Assembly: GCA_041599135.1 (NCBI GenBank)
Contig: JBFHXD010000001.1
Span: 7,473-71,472 of the forward strand
Origin: Candidatus Methylomirabilales bacterium
GTDB taxonomy: Bacteria; Methylomirabilota; Methylomirabilia; Methylomirabilales; CSP1-5
Direction of reading: 5' to 3'
DNA length: 64,000 nucleotides
Below the pieces are notes generated by a model. The model was not told the origin of the DNA, did no database searches, and worked only from the letters and a program-made list of their open reading frames with translations. A program made the position numbers and the translations under genes. Shown one piece after another: positions 17,115 to 26,656 of the stretch. The number at the start of each line of letters is the position of its first letter. Within the stretch, counting starts at the first letter, position 1.

Positions 17115-18317
17115 CTAGACGTCGCTGGCGATAATGAAGAGGGGCTGATGAAAGAGCGTTTCGTACTTCGGCCGGAGTCGCTCGACGTTGTAATACTTGT
17201 TAATATCGACAACCTTCTTGCGCCCGCTCACCACGTCAATCGGGACGGTGTTGTCGTAGCATCCGTTGCGGAAGCTGACGAGACGCCCCGACGTGCCTGA
17301 CAGCACCAGGTCCAAGGCGAGGTTACCATAGGCCATAGGCACGATCGAATCGAGCGCATCGGGATCGCCACATCGCACCAGGTAGCCGAGCCGCTGGTTT
17401 ACGAAGTTGATTTGGCGCCCGCGGTTGAACTTGGGGGAGAGCTCCTTGAGCCGAGCCGCCACCTTGTCGCCGATCCCACCGAGCTTGCGGTGGCCATACT
17501 GGTCTTTTTCTTCGCCCTCGAAGGTCATTTCCTCATGCCCTGTCATCACCGCGCCCTCGGATACTAAGACGACGGCGTATTTGCTCGAATGACGATTTCT
17601 GTCATAGACGAGGAGCTCGGTTAGGCGCTCGATGTCAAAGGGATGCTCAGGAATCACACAACGGTCGGCCGCCCCCGCCATCGTCGGCAACAGGGCGGTG
17701 TAGCCGGCGTACCGCCCGAAGACCTCAATGACGAGGAACCGCTCGTGTGACCCGGCGGTCGTTCGCAGTTTGTGGGTCAACTCGATCGTTCGGGTAACAC
17801 ACGTGCTAAAGCCGATGCAATAGTCGGTCCCGGGAACGTCGTTATCCATCGTCTTGGGGACCCCCACGATCTTGACACCCTCTTCGTGAAGGCGTTGCGC
17901 ATAACTGAGGGTATCGTCGCCACCGATGGGAATCAGGAAGTCGACACCCAGGAACTCCAGGTTTTTGAGAACGTCCGGGGTGACGTCGTTGATGTTCCCT
18001 TCGTACTTGGTCTTCAGGTGGTCGGGGACGAGAATTTTCGGAAGGCGGCTCGGCCGGGTTCGCGAGGTATGGATAAAGGTTCCCCCCGTCCGTCCGGCCC
18101 GGTTGACGACTTCTTCAGTCAGGACTTGGACCTGGGCGCTATTGTCGGCCTCCTTGTCCGGAACCAGCTCGACCAGTCCGGCCCAGCCGCGTCGAATTCC
18201 GAGTACCCGAAATCCCTCACGCAAGGCGCGAATGGTGATGGCGCGGATGGCTGGATTGAGCCCCGGAACATCACCTCCGCCGGTCAAAATTCCGATCGTG
18301 CCTCTGTGCGCTGCCAC
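17115..18317 (-). CDS. pfp: Pyrophosphate-dependent 6-phosphofructokinase
   Basis: PfkA-family N-terminus GILTGGGDVPGLNPAIRA. GGDDT (Asp instead of Gly) and PKTMDND (Lys instead of Gly) are the established PPi-specificity signatures. Confidence 0.88.
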   Translation of the reverse strand: MAAHRGTIGILTGGGDVPGLNPAIRAITIRALREGFRVLGIRRGWAGLVELVPDKEADNSAQVQVLTEEVVNRAGRTGGTFIHTSRTRPSRLPKILVPDHLKTKYEGNINDVTPDVLKNLEFLGVDFLIPIGGDDTLSYAQRLHEEGVKIVGVPKTMDNDVPGTDYCIGFSTCVTRTIELTHKLRTTAGSHERFLVIEVFGRYAGYTALLPTMAGAADRCVIPEHPFDIERLTELLVYDRNRHSSKYAVVLVSEGAVMTGHEEMTFEGEEKDQYGHRKLGGIGDKVAARLKELSPKFNRGRQINFVNQRLGYLVRCGDPDALDSIVPMAYGNLALDLVLSGTSGRLVSFRNGCYDNTVPIDVVSGRKKVVDINKYYNVERLRPKYETLFHQPLFIIASDV

Positions 18318-18685
18318 GCGAGCAATCCTCCTCGACGCCGCGTCAATCGAAGTTCATCTCAGTCCGGCTGTCCATCCAGGAACCGCATCCCTTTTTGCTT
18401 TTGCTGCCTTTCAATGGTCCGCGATCAAGAGTGTCTTCCAAGAAGCGCAGTGAGCAACTTCAGTGCCAACGCACCTGAGTCAGTATCCCTCGCCGTGCTA
18501 GGCTTGTCAAGCACACCGAAGCCGACCTGGAATGACCTTCGGTAAGCACGAGGGTTCCGGGCAAGGCACGGCATCCCTCAACCTGGACTTCGCACAGGGT
18601 CTCGGCTAAAGTGAGCAAGGGCAAGCCCTACGCCCTAGCAGGGGCTTAACGAGCCGGCGGGTGACCGCGTTGACGAGATGCAGAG

Positions 18686-20446
18686 ATGCCTGAACAGCGG
18701 AGAGTCGCGTATTTTTCGATGGAGATTGCTCTCGAGGCGGGAATGCCGACCTTCAGCGGGGGTCTCGGCATCCTGGCCGGAGACACCGTTCGCTCTGCCG
18801 CTGATCTGAACGTCCCGATGGTCGCAATGACACTCCTGCATCGCAAAGGGTATTTCTACCAGCGGCTCGATGCCAGTGGATCGCAACGCGAGGAGCCCGT
18901 GGAATGGATCGTCGATGACTTCCTGGAAGAAACGTCAGCACGGGCGTCCGTGGTGCTCGAGGATCGGACGGTTCACCTCCGGTCCTGGAAATACGAGGTG
19001 GTTGGCATTGGCGGATTCAAGGTGCCGGTTTATTTCTTGGATGCCGACCTCGCGGAAAACTCTGCATGGGACAAAACGTTGACGTACTTTCTGTACGGGG
19101 GAGATCAGCACTACCGGCTTTGTCAGGAAGTGATCCTCGGCATTGGGGGCATCCGAATGCTCCGTGCCCTTGGGTATGAAAAAATTGAGCGATTTCATAT
19201 GAACGAAGGCCACGCTAGCCTTCTAACGTTAGAGCTTTTGACCGAGGAGGCCAGAAAAGCCGGCAGACATTCCATCGGCCGAGAGGATATTGAAACGGTG
19301 AGAGAAAAATGCATCTTCACGACCCACACTCCCGTTCCCTCCGGGCACGACCAGTTTCCCATGGATCTCGTAAGCCGAGTGCTCAAGTACCGCAAAGGTC
19401 TTTTTGACATGAGCGATGCGCTCTCCGCGGACGTGATCCGTCGGGTTCTTCGCCATGACGAACATCTGCTTGACATGGAAAGTATGTTTCGTCCTGAACT
19501 CACGCTCAACATGACATACCTGGCTCTCAATCTCAGCCGGTATATCAACGGCGTCGCGAAAAAGCACGGGGAAGTATCGAGACTGATGTTTGCCGGATAT
19601 ACCATTGATTCCATTACGAATGGTGTCCATGCCGCCAACTGGATGGCACCATCCTTCCAGGAGCTCTTCGATCGCTATATCCCCGGATGGCGACAAGACA
19701 ACTTCAGCCTTCGCTATGCGCTCAACTTCCCCAGACAAGAAGTGTGGCAGGCTCATACGCAGGCCAAAAAACGCCTGATTCATTCTGTCAACCGCGAAGC
19801 CAACGTGGGCATGGATGTGGATGTGTTGACGATCGGCTTTGCACGGCGCGCCACGGCGTACAAAAGAGGCGATCTTCTCCTCCAGGATCTGGAGAGACTC
19901 AAGAGCATTGCCGCAAACGCCGGCCTGTTTCAGGTGATCTACGCGGGCAAAGCGCATCCCCAGGATTACGGCGGCAAAGAACTCATCAAACGCATCTTTC
20001 AGGCCAAAGATTTGCTCAGGCACAATATCAAGATCGCGTATCTTGAGAACTACGATGTGGAACTGGCGAAGATGATGATATCAGGTGTTGACGTGTGGTT
20101 GAATACACCCCAGCGACCCCTTGAGGCGTCGGGAACCAGCGGGATGAAAGCGGCGCTGAACGGTATCCCCAGCTTGAGTATTCTGGATGGGTGGTGGATT
20201 GAAGGCCACATTGAGGGAATCACAGGCTGGGCCATTGGGGAACACGGACGGGAAAAGGACGGAGAGAATGACCGATCCAAAGATGCCTCCTCACTGTACG
20301 ACAAACTGGAACAGATCATTATCCCGATGTTCTATCAAGATCGGAATCGCTTTATCGATGTCATGCTCCACGCCATTGCGCTCAATGGCTCGTTCTTCAA
20401 TACACACCGGATGATCCAACAGTACGTGTTGAAAGCCTATTATTGA
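18686..20446 (+). CDS. glgP: Alpha-glucan (glycogen/maltodextrin) phosphorylase, short GlgP family
   Basis: [26 protein letters not shown]-terminus and the PLP-lysine block [14 protein letters not shown]. Confidence 0.9.
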   Translation: MPEQRRVAYFSMEIALEAGMPTFSGGLGILAGDTVRSAADLNVPMVAMTLLHRKGYFYQRLDASGSQREEPVEWIVDDFLEETSARASVVLEDRTVHLRSWKYEVVGIGGFKVPVYFLDADLAENSAWDKTLTYFLYGGDQHYRLCQEVILGIGGIRMLRALGYEKIERFHMNEGHASLLTLELLTEEARKAGRHSIGREDIETVREKCIFTTHTPVPSGHDQFPMDLVSRVLKYRKGLFDMSDALSADVIRRVLRHDEHLLDMESMFRPELTLNMTYLALNLSRYINGVAKKHGEVSRLMFAGYTIDSITNGVHAANWMAPSFQELFDRYIPGWRQDNFSLRYALNFPRQEVWQAHTQAKKRLIHSVNREANVGMDVDVLTIGFARRATAYKRGDLLLQDLERLKSIAANAGLFQVIYAGKAHPQDYGGKELIKRIFQAKDLLRHNIKIAYLENYDVELAKMMISGVDVWLNTPQRPLEASGTSGMKAALNGIPSLSILDGWWIEGHIEGITGWAIGEHGREKDGENDRSKDASSLYDKLEQIIIPMFYQDRNRFIDVMLHAIALNGSFFNTHRMIQQYVLKAYY

Positions 20447-20511
20447 CGCTATCCCGAAAGAACCAACCATTTTACTCAGAGACCTTTCCGTCAACGTTCC
20501 GCTGTGATAGC

Positions 20512-21321
20512 ATGGCCCGGCGGAGGCAGATGATGCGGACTGGACCCTTTGAAGCAGGTGAGAAGGTTCTTTTGATCGATCCGAAGGGCCGCAAGTACCT
20601 TCTCACGCTTCGGCCGCACAACAAGTTCTCGAGCCACCTGGGGACCATCTCCCACGACGAGATCATCGGCCGTGAGGAGGGGACAGCGCTGTATTCCTCC
20701 GGAGGCGCTACATTCATCGCTTTCCGCCCCACCTTTGCCGAGTATACCCTCAAGATGAAGCGGGGGGCTCAGGTCCTTTACCCGAAGGATATCGCCACGG
20801 TCCTGATCTGGGGCGATATCTTTCCCGGCGCCACCGTGGTCGAAGGAGGAGGCGGCTCGGGGGCCCTGACCATCGCTCTGCTGCAGGCCGTGGGAGAAAA
20901 GGGGCAGGTCATCACCTATGAGGTCCGGGAAGATTTCCTGCGGCAGGCGAGGGTCAACGTCGAGACCTTCCTCGGAAAGGTTTCGCATTGGGTCACGAAG
21001 CTAACGAATATCTACGAGGGCATCGATGAGGTCTCGGTGGATCGCGTCGTCTTAGATCTGCCCGAGGGATGGCGTGCGGTCACGCATGCCGCGAACGCGC
21101 TCAGGCCTGGTGGGCTTCTGCTCGTCTTCTTCCCAACAGTTCCCCAACTGCAGGCCATGGCAGACGCCATCGAGCAAGAGCCCCGCTTGAAACTCCAGGA
21201 GGTTTTCGAGGTGGTCCACCGTCCCTGGCGAGTTCAGGGACCGAGCGTTCGACCCGAGCTCCGCATGGTCGCCCACACCGGGTTTTTCATGTTAGCGAGA
21301 AGATTGGCAGGAGGAGGGTGA
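20512..21321 (+). CDS. trmI: tRNA (adenine58-N1)-methyltransferase TrmI
   Basis: In-frame ATG 20512. GCD14/TrmI pattern (KGRKYLLTL...HLGTISHDEIIG) and SAM-binding VVEGGGGSGALT. Confidence 0.85.
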   Translation: MARRRQMMRTGPFEAGEKVLLIDPKGRKYLLTLRPHNKFSSHLGTISHDEIIGREEGTALYSSGGATFIAFRPTFAEYTLKMKRGAQVLYPKDIATVLIWGDIFPGATVVEGGGGSGALTIALLQAVGEKGQVITYEVREDFLRQARVNVETFLGKVSHWVTKLTNIYEGIDEVSVDRVVLDLPEGWRAVTHAANALRPGGLLLVFFPTVPQLQAMADAIEQEPRLKLQEVFEVVHRPWRVQGPSVRPELRMVAHTGFFMLARRLAGGG

Positions 21322-21331
21322 GGGAGGGGTG

Positions 21332-24300
21332 TCAGCTTTCTGGACGCTGGAAGACCTTATTGTAGATCGCGCGAACCCGAGATGTGTGAGCGGCAAAATC
21401 TTGGAGAAATCGCTCGCCGGGCGGCCCATCCCCCTCCAGTGCATACCCGAGCCGGCGGGCTAGCTTCTGTAGCTTGGCAGGGGCCTTGGGGATGGTGTTG
21501 ACTGAGAGATCGGCGACGATCCGAAGCCGGTTCTCTGCCATTCGCAAGAACCGGTAGGATTCGCGCAAGGTCTGGTACTCGTCGGTCGCGAGCATCCCTT
21601 CCTGATGAAGGGCATCGAGGGCTTTGTGGGTGTTCGGCTCCCGGAGGGCTACGCGATCTTTGCCCTGAAGCAACTGCAGATACTGCACAATGAACTCAAC
21701 CTCGACCATCCCCCCCGCACCAAGTTTGAGGTGCAGCCCTGTGCCCCGCTTCACGCGTTCCTCCTCCATCCGGTGGCGCATCACATGGATCCGCTGGCCC
21801 AGATCGGCAGGCACCGGTTGCTCATACACGAATGCGTGTATGAGATCTCGGAGGCTTTCCGTGAGCTGCTCGTCTCCCGCCACGACTCGGGCCTTGACGT
21901 AGGCCTGTCGCTCCCAGCTTTCAGCCCGCCGCTCGAAATGGTCGCGGAACGCTGCCATCGACTGTGCGAGCGGTCCTTTGCTCCCCCCGGGTCTCAGCCG
22001 GCTGTCGACTCGATACGCTGATCCCTCTCTGGTAATGACCGTGAGATTTTTGGTCACGCGATCTGCCAGCTTGCTGAAGAATTCGATGAGGTTCGTGGAG
22101 GCCTCCGGCGACGCGACCCGGTCATCGTACACAAAGGCGACGTCCAGGTCGGAGCTGTAGTTCATCTCGGCGCCCCCCAGCTTTCCCAACCCGAGAATGG
22201 CGAACCCGCTGTGTTCCATGACATGGTAGCGGGAACCCAGCTCTTCCCACGCCAGTTCCAACGCTCCAGTGAGACAGACCTCTGCCAACCGGGTCAGTTC
22301 CGCCTGGGTATCGATGAGGTCCGCTTCCCCCAGCACGTCCCAGGCTCCGATACGCAGCTCTTCCACCTTTTTGAACCGGCGGAGGACATCCAATTTCCCG
22401 CTTCCGGGCGGCGGCGCCCGCAAGACCTCCTGCAGCTCCCTGAGCATCTCCCCACGAGACGTCCGATACTTCAGGCTGACGGGGTCGAGGAACAGATCGA
22501 TGAGTTCGGGATGCTGAATCAGCGTACGGGCGAGGAAGTCGCTCACCCCGAAGAGCCTGAACAGGACGCCCAACGCCTCCGGCTTCTCTGCCAGAATGGA
22601 GAGAAAAACCCCCTGGGCCCCGACGGCTGCCACCAGTCGTTCGAAATGATTCAGGGCCATGTCGGGATCGGGGGCATCCCGCAGGGCCTTCATCAGATGC
22701 GGTGCCACGTGAGCCAATGCCCAACGCCCCGCCTTACTGTAATGGGCAAAGGGGGGTCCATCCCGTAGGAGCTGAAAATTGCGATAGGCCCGCTCCAGAT
22801 CCTCGAAGCTGATCTCTTGCAGCCTTTCTCGAATTTCACTGGCGGGGACGCCTCCTTCGAAGAAGAGGGCGATCTCATCCCGCTCCGCGACCCCAGGTGG
22901 CGCCTCCGGAGGACTCAACAGGGCGTCGTACACGCGCCGAACCGCGTGGGTGTGCGTCCGGTAGTCTCGCAGAAAGTCTTCCACCGGCTCGGTCGAGATC
23001 CGGCTGTGGTATCCCGAGCGTCGGGCCAGGTGAAAGAGCTGTCGTGCATCCTCTGGGAGGGTGTGGGTCTGGCGGTGGTGCAGGATCTGGAGCCGGTGCT
23101 CGACCGTCCGGAGAAATACATACGCTTTCACCAACGCAGTGCAATCTTGATCCGAGAGATACCGTCGCTGGGCCAGTCGGTGGAGGACTCTCAGCGTGTT
23201 AGGCTCTCGGACCCAGGGGTCGCGCCCCCCATGAAGAAGCTGGAAGGCCTGCACGACGAATTCGATTTCCCGAATGCCCCCAAAACCCCTTTTCACATCG
23301 CGGTAAAGCTTCCGTTCCTGCCGGAGGCTCTGCTCGATCCGCGCCTTCATCGCCCGGACCTCCTGAACCGCCGTCTGGTCCAGGTATCTCCGGTAGATAA
23401 AGGGAGTAATCATCTGGAGAAACCTCCGGCCCAGCCGTTCATCTCCCGCCACAGGCCGGGCTTTGATCAACGCCTGCCGCTCCCACGTCTGCCCCCACGA
23501 TTCATAATAGGTTTCGTAGGCATGAAGCGAGAGACACAGATCCCCCTGCCCCCCGCCGGGGCGGAGACGGGTATCGACGCGAAAGACGGAGCCGTCGGGC
23601 GTGACCGTCCCGATGCCCCTCACGATCATCTCAGCCAGCTTGGCAAAGTACTCATGGTTCGAGATCCTGCCCTCCCCTCCGTTCGCCCGCCCTCGCACGC
23701 CGGTCGTCTCTCCCTCGGCCTCATACACGAAGAGGATGTCGATATCCGAACTATAGTTGAGCTCCTCCCCGCCGAGCTTCCCCATCCCTAAGATACAAAA
23801 GGCACCCTCCTGCGCTTGACCTTGCGGCCCGAGCACTTGGGGTGTCCCGTACCGTCGGCCCAGCTCTTTCTGACAGATTTCGTAGGCCGCCTGCAGGGTC
23901 ACTTCTGCCAAACGGGACAGCTCCTGAGTGATCCCGGCGAGATCTTGATTACCCAAGAGATCCTGAAGGGTGATGCGAAGGACCTCGCGCACCTTGAACC
24001 GCCGGAGTGCTTCCCACTTTCGCTCCACGCTCGGAAGGCGATCGGTCATGGACACGAGGTCCCGGGCGAGATCCGCCTTTTGTCCGGGCAACCGGAGGAC
24101 CCCTGGTTCGAGGAGCCACTCAAAGAGCTGAGGGTGGCGGATCAGCACATCAGAGAGGTACTGGGAACTGCCAAAGACAGTCAGCAAAAGATCCAAGATC
24201 TTCTGTGAATCCCCGAGAAGGCTGAGGAGAAAACCCCGATCGATCACGACCCCAGAGAACCGCTCCAGGTTGTTGAGCGCCATATCGGGATCGGGGATAT

Positions 24301-24451
24301 TGGCAAGGGTTTCCAAAATGGCAGGAAGAATGCGGGTGAATGCCTGTCGGTGCAAGGGATGCTGGCCCAGGGATTCTAGGTTCTTCGTGGCCCGGGCAAT
24401 GTCGGCAATACCGACCTGCTTGAGGTGGTCAGGGAGATCAACTTTTTCCAT
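21332..24451 (-). CDS. glnE: Bifunctional glutamine synthetase adenylyltransferase/adenylyl-removing enzyme GlnE
   Basis: 1039 aa with two nucleotidyltransferase halves, each carrying GKLGGxELNYSSDxD (ILGMGKLGGEELNYSSDIDILFVY; ILGLGKLGGAEMNYSSDLDVAFVY). Confidence 0.95.
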   Translation of the reverse strand: MEKVDLPDHLKQVGIADIARATKNLESLGQHPLHRQAFTRILPAILETLANIPDPDMALNNLERFSGVVIDRGFLLSLLGDSQKILDLLLTVFGSSQYLSDVLIRHPQLFEWLLEPGVLRLPGQKADLARDLVSMTDRLPSVERKWEALRRFKVREVLRITLQDLLGNQDLAGITQELSRLAEVTLQAAYEICQKELGRRYGTPQVLGPQGQAQEGAFCILGMGKLGGEELNYSSDIDILFVYEAEGETTGVRGRANGGEGRISNHEYFAKLAEMIVRGIGTVTPDGSVFRVDTRLRPGGGQGDLCLSLHAYETYYESWGQTWERQALIKARPVAGDERLGRRFLQMITPFIYRRYLDQTAVQEVRAMKARIEQSLRQERKLYRDVKRGFGGIREIEFVVQAFQLLHGGRDPWVREPNTLRVLHRLAQRRYLSDQDCTALVKAYVFLRTVEHRLQILHHRQTHTLPEDARQLFHLARRSGYHSRISTEPVEDFLRDYRTHTHAVRRVYDALLSPPEAPPGVAERDEIALFFEGGVPASEIRERLQEISFEDLERAYRNFQLLRDGPPFAHYSKAGRWALAHVAPHLMKALRDAPDPDMALNHFERLVAAVGAQGVFLSILAEKPEALGVLFRLFGVSDFLARTLIQHPELIDLFLDPVSLKYRTSRGEMLRELQEVLRAPPPGSGKLDVLRRFKKVEELRIGAWDVLGEADLIDTQAELTRLAEVCLTGALELAWEELGSRYHVMEHSGFAILGLGKLGGAEMNYSSDLDVAFVYDDRVASPEASTNLIEFFSKLADRVTKNLTVITREGSAYRVDSRLRPGGSKGPLAQSMAAFRDHFERRAESWERQAYVKARVVAGDEQLTESLRDLIHAFVYEQPVPADLGQRIHVMRHRMEEERVKRGTGLHLKLGAGGMVEVEFIVQYLQLLQGKDRVALREPNTHKALDALHQEGMLATDEYQTLRESYRFLRMAENRLRIVADLSVNTIPKAPAKLQKLARRLGYALEGDGPPGERFLQDFAAHTSRVRAIYNKVFQRPES

Positions 24452-24501
24452 AGGTTATGCCTAACACAGGCCAAACCATTTGTAAAGGAGATGGGGGGCC
24501 T

Positions 24502-24517
24502 TGGCACGAACCTTGCG
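24502..24517 (+). promoter_or_regulatory. Sigma-54 promoter (copy 1 of an identical pair)
   Basis: TGGCACGAACCTTGCG is a perfect TGGCACG-N4-TTGC match, 58 nt upstream of ATG 24575. Confidence 0.7.
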
Positions 24518-24574
24518 ATTTACCCGGGCCAGCGACCGGGGTACTGGTGCTTGTCCTAACCCGAGGAGGAAACG

Positions 24575-24772
24575 ATGAGCCTCACCGTGTGTAGCCGGTG
24601 TAGTGGGGAGGTTTGGATCGGGTCTATCGAGGCGCCGTGCTGCGAGAAGGAGCTCTTGGTGCGTTGCTGCTCCGGGTGTGGTGTCTTCGACGTCGTGTCG
24701 CCGGAGCACGAACAAGAGGCCCGAGAAATTGCCTCCATGCTAGACCACGACATGCACAGGGACGTGCCGTAA
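24575..24772 (+). CDS. Small Cys-rich (zinc-ribbon-like) protein
   Basis: GAGGAGG-N5-ATG. The 65-aa product has CxxC...CC...CCxxC (CSRC, PCC, RCCSGC) and an acidic tail. A sigma-54 promoter lies directly upstream. Confidence 0.5.
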   Translation: MSLTVCSRCSGEVWIGSIEAPCCEKELLVRCCSGCGVFDVVSPEHEQEAREIASMLDHDMHRDVP

Positions 24773-24860
24773 TTTGGCTAGAATTCGCACCGCTACCGAC
24801 ACACCGCCGACAGGTTACCTCGTAAACTATTGATTTTATGGAAGTCTGGGCCAACCATTA

Positions 24861-24876
24861 TGGCACGAACCTTGCC
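24861..24876 (+). promoter_or_regulatory. Sigma-54 promoter (copy 2 of an identical pair)
   Basis: TGGCACGAACCTTGCC has the same 15-nt core as at 24502. It lies 38 nt upstream of ATG 24914, which has a GGAGGA RBS. Confidence 0.7.
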
Positions 24877-24913
24877 ACATGTATTCGGGCCGAATCATGC
24901 TGGAGGATACCAC

Positions 24914-25585
24914 ATGGCTTATGATACCCCCATCGGTGGCTACGCACGTCACGACGCGTACTTACCCGTAGAGTGTACTGCTGGAGGGGCGGGAAGGCCC
25001 CGCCGAGTGCTCTCCGGCAAGACGCGGTCCGTCGGTGCCGGTGGACTCGAAATCCTGCTGTCCGAATCCCTGCCGCCCGCGACGCCCTTGATCATCCGGA
25101 TCTTCGGGGGAGACCCCGTCCATGGGTACGTCGCCTGGGTCGACCAAGGCAGATCCAAAGATCCGGGAAGCCCAATCCCCCATGGGGTGACCTTCCAGCA
25201 AGCGGTCGATCCAGACCTGGTCCTCCAATGGCTCTATCGTGCCGAACGGCAGTCAAGCGCTCGAGCCCCGGTCCAGTTCCGCATCGAGGTCCACCATCAA
25301 GGCGAGGCCGGGCAGGGGACGTGCCTCAATCTCAGCCGGGGTGGCATGTTCATCGCCACCGATCAGCCTGCATCTCCAGGATCGGATGTCTCGCTCTTTT
25401 TCACTCTGCCGGGGATGTCCCACCGTTTCTCGATCCTCGCGCGCGTGGTCTGGAACCATGGTAAGGAGACGAGGCTAAGTAGACCACCTGGGATTGGCGT
25501 TCAGTTCCTCGACCCGAAGCCCGCGGAGGCTGCCTTGATCGGGTCTGTCGTCGACCGCATCTGCGAGAATCTCCCAACGGGCTGA
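24914..25585 (+). CDS. Tandem PilZ-domain protein (probable c-di-GMP receptor)
   Basis: ORF 24830..25585. ATG 24914 is chosen because the promoter lies inside the longer version. Two PilZ-like halves (RHDAYLPVEC...GAGGLEILL; RAPVQFRIEVHH...CLNLSRGGMFIAT...GIGVQFLD). Confidence 0.7.
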   Translation: MAYDTPIGGYARHDAYLPVECTAGGAGRPRRVLSGKTRSVGAGGLEILLSESLPPATPLIIRIFGGDPVHGYVAWVDQGRSKDPGSPIPHGVTFQQAVDPDLVLQWLYRAERQSSARAPVQFRIEVHHQGEAGQGTCLNLSRGGMFIATDQPASPGSDVSLFFTLPGMSHRFSILARVVWNHGKETRLSRPPGIGVQFLDPKPAEAALIGSVVDRICENLPTG

Positions 25586-25699
25586 TCATCGGTGCGCAGC
25601 TCTCTTGCCTTGCGCAGATTCATTCAATCAGCTCGAGTCCTGCCGACAACGAAACACAGCCTTTCCCCGCTCGATTTCCGATCTCCGCCGGCGCCCCCA

Positions 25700-25728
25700 T
25701 TGGCAAGGGGAACAAATCCCGGTATAGT
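25700..25728 (+). promoter_or_regulatory. Sigma-70 promoter upstream of the SDR gene
   Basis: TTGGCA (25700-25705), 17-nt spacer, TATAGT (25723-25728). This predicts a ~155-nt leader containing the octamer array. Confidence 0.5.
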
Positions 25729-25756
25729 GACAGCTGTCGGCTGCCAGCAGCCAACA

Positions 25757-25874
25757 GGCTGGAAGGCTAGCAGGCTAGAATGCTAGGAGGCCTTGGTGCT
25801 TCTAGCCGTGACTGTTAGCGTCTCCCGAGTTCGGTTTTTCGAGCGTCAAAGCGTTCTAGCATCCTAGCCTGTCA
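25757..25874. repeat. Octamer palindromic array (family A)
   Basis: Forward GGCTGGAA GGCTAGCA GGCTAGAA TGCTAGGA (25757-25788) and inverted GCGTTCTA GCATCCTA GCCTGTCA (25851-25874). The arms can pair over 15 bp with one mismatch. Confidence 0.75.
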
Positions 25875-25889
25875 GCCCGGAGGTTGGGC

Positions 25890-26606
25890 ATGTCGCTTGA
25901 CGGAAAAGTGGCGGTGGTGACGGGCAGCACCCGCGGCATTGGTCTGGCCATTGCCGAGGCCTTGCTTGCTGAGGGGGTTTCAGTCGTTATCTCCTCACGC
26001 GGACAGCGGGATGTGGATCGGACGATTGCAGAATGCCGTGGGCGCGGCAAAGGGAAGGTGGCCGGCATCGCCTGCGATGTCCGGGACTGTGACCAGGTCC
26101 AGCGACTGATCAACTTCGCAGTCCAGGAGTTCGGAGGCCTGGACATCCTAGTCAACAATGCTGGGGTCGCCCACTTTGCCCCTGTCGCTGATCTCAAATT
26201 GGAGGAGTGGCGTGAGATCATCGACACGAATCTCACCGGAGTCTTTTACTGCTGCCACGAGGCCATCTCGCACATGCGTTCCCGTGGGGGTGGCTACATC
26301 ATCAACATCGGTTCTCTGGCCGGGACAAACGCCCACCCCACGATGGCCGCCTACAACGCCTCGAAGTTTGGTCTCCTCGGTTTCAGCGAGGCCCTCTTTC
26401 AGGAAGTCCGGACCGATGGGATCCGAGTCAGCCATATTCTGCCCGGCAGTGTGGAGACCCAGTTCAGTGCCACCGGCACGGACAAATCGGGATGGGCCAT
26501 CCTGCCCGAACACATCGCGGATACAGTCGTCTATCTGCTCAAGTCGCCGCCCCGCACGATGACCACGCGGATCGAGATGCGACCGACAAGGCCCCGGCGG
26601 GGCTGA
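25890..26606 (+). CDS. Short-chain dehydrogenase/reductase (SDR, FabG-like)
   Basis: TGSTRGIG cofactor motif, NNAG, and catalytic YNASK. ATG 25890 is preceded by GGAGG. Confidence 0.9.
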   Translation: MSLDGKVAVVTGSTRGIGLAIAEALLAEGVSVVISSRGQRDVDRTIAECRGRGKGKVAGIACDVRDCDQVQRLINFAVQEFGGLDILVNNAGVAHFAPVADLKLEEWREIIDTNLTGVFYCCHEAISHMRSRGGGYIINIGSLAGTNAHPTMAAYNASKFGLLGFSEALFQEVRTDGIRVSHILPGSVETQFSATGTDKSGWAILPEHIADTVVYLLKSPPRTMTTRIEMRPTRPRRG

Positions 26607-26656
26607 GCAGGGCGGACGGCACGAGGCGCGGTCAGCGATGAAGCCTCGGCTATCCT

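Noticed and set aside
22817-23791. 324-aa + ORF, plus several 60-200-aa ORFs on both strands inside 21332..24451
   Set aside because: All overlap glnE, whose 1039-aa product has duplicated, unmistakable nucleotidyltransferase motifs. The overlapping products are low-complexity (R/P/G-rich).
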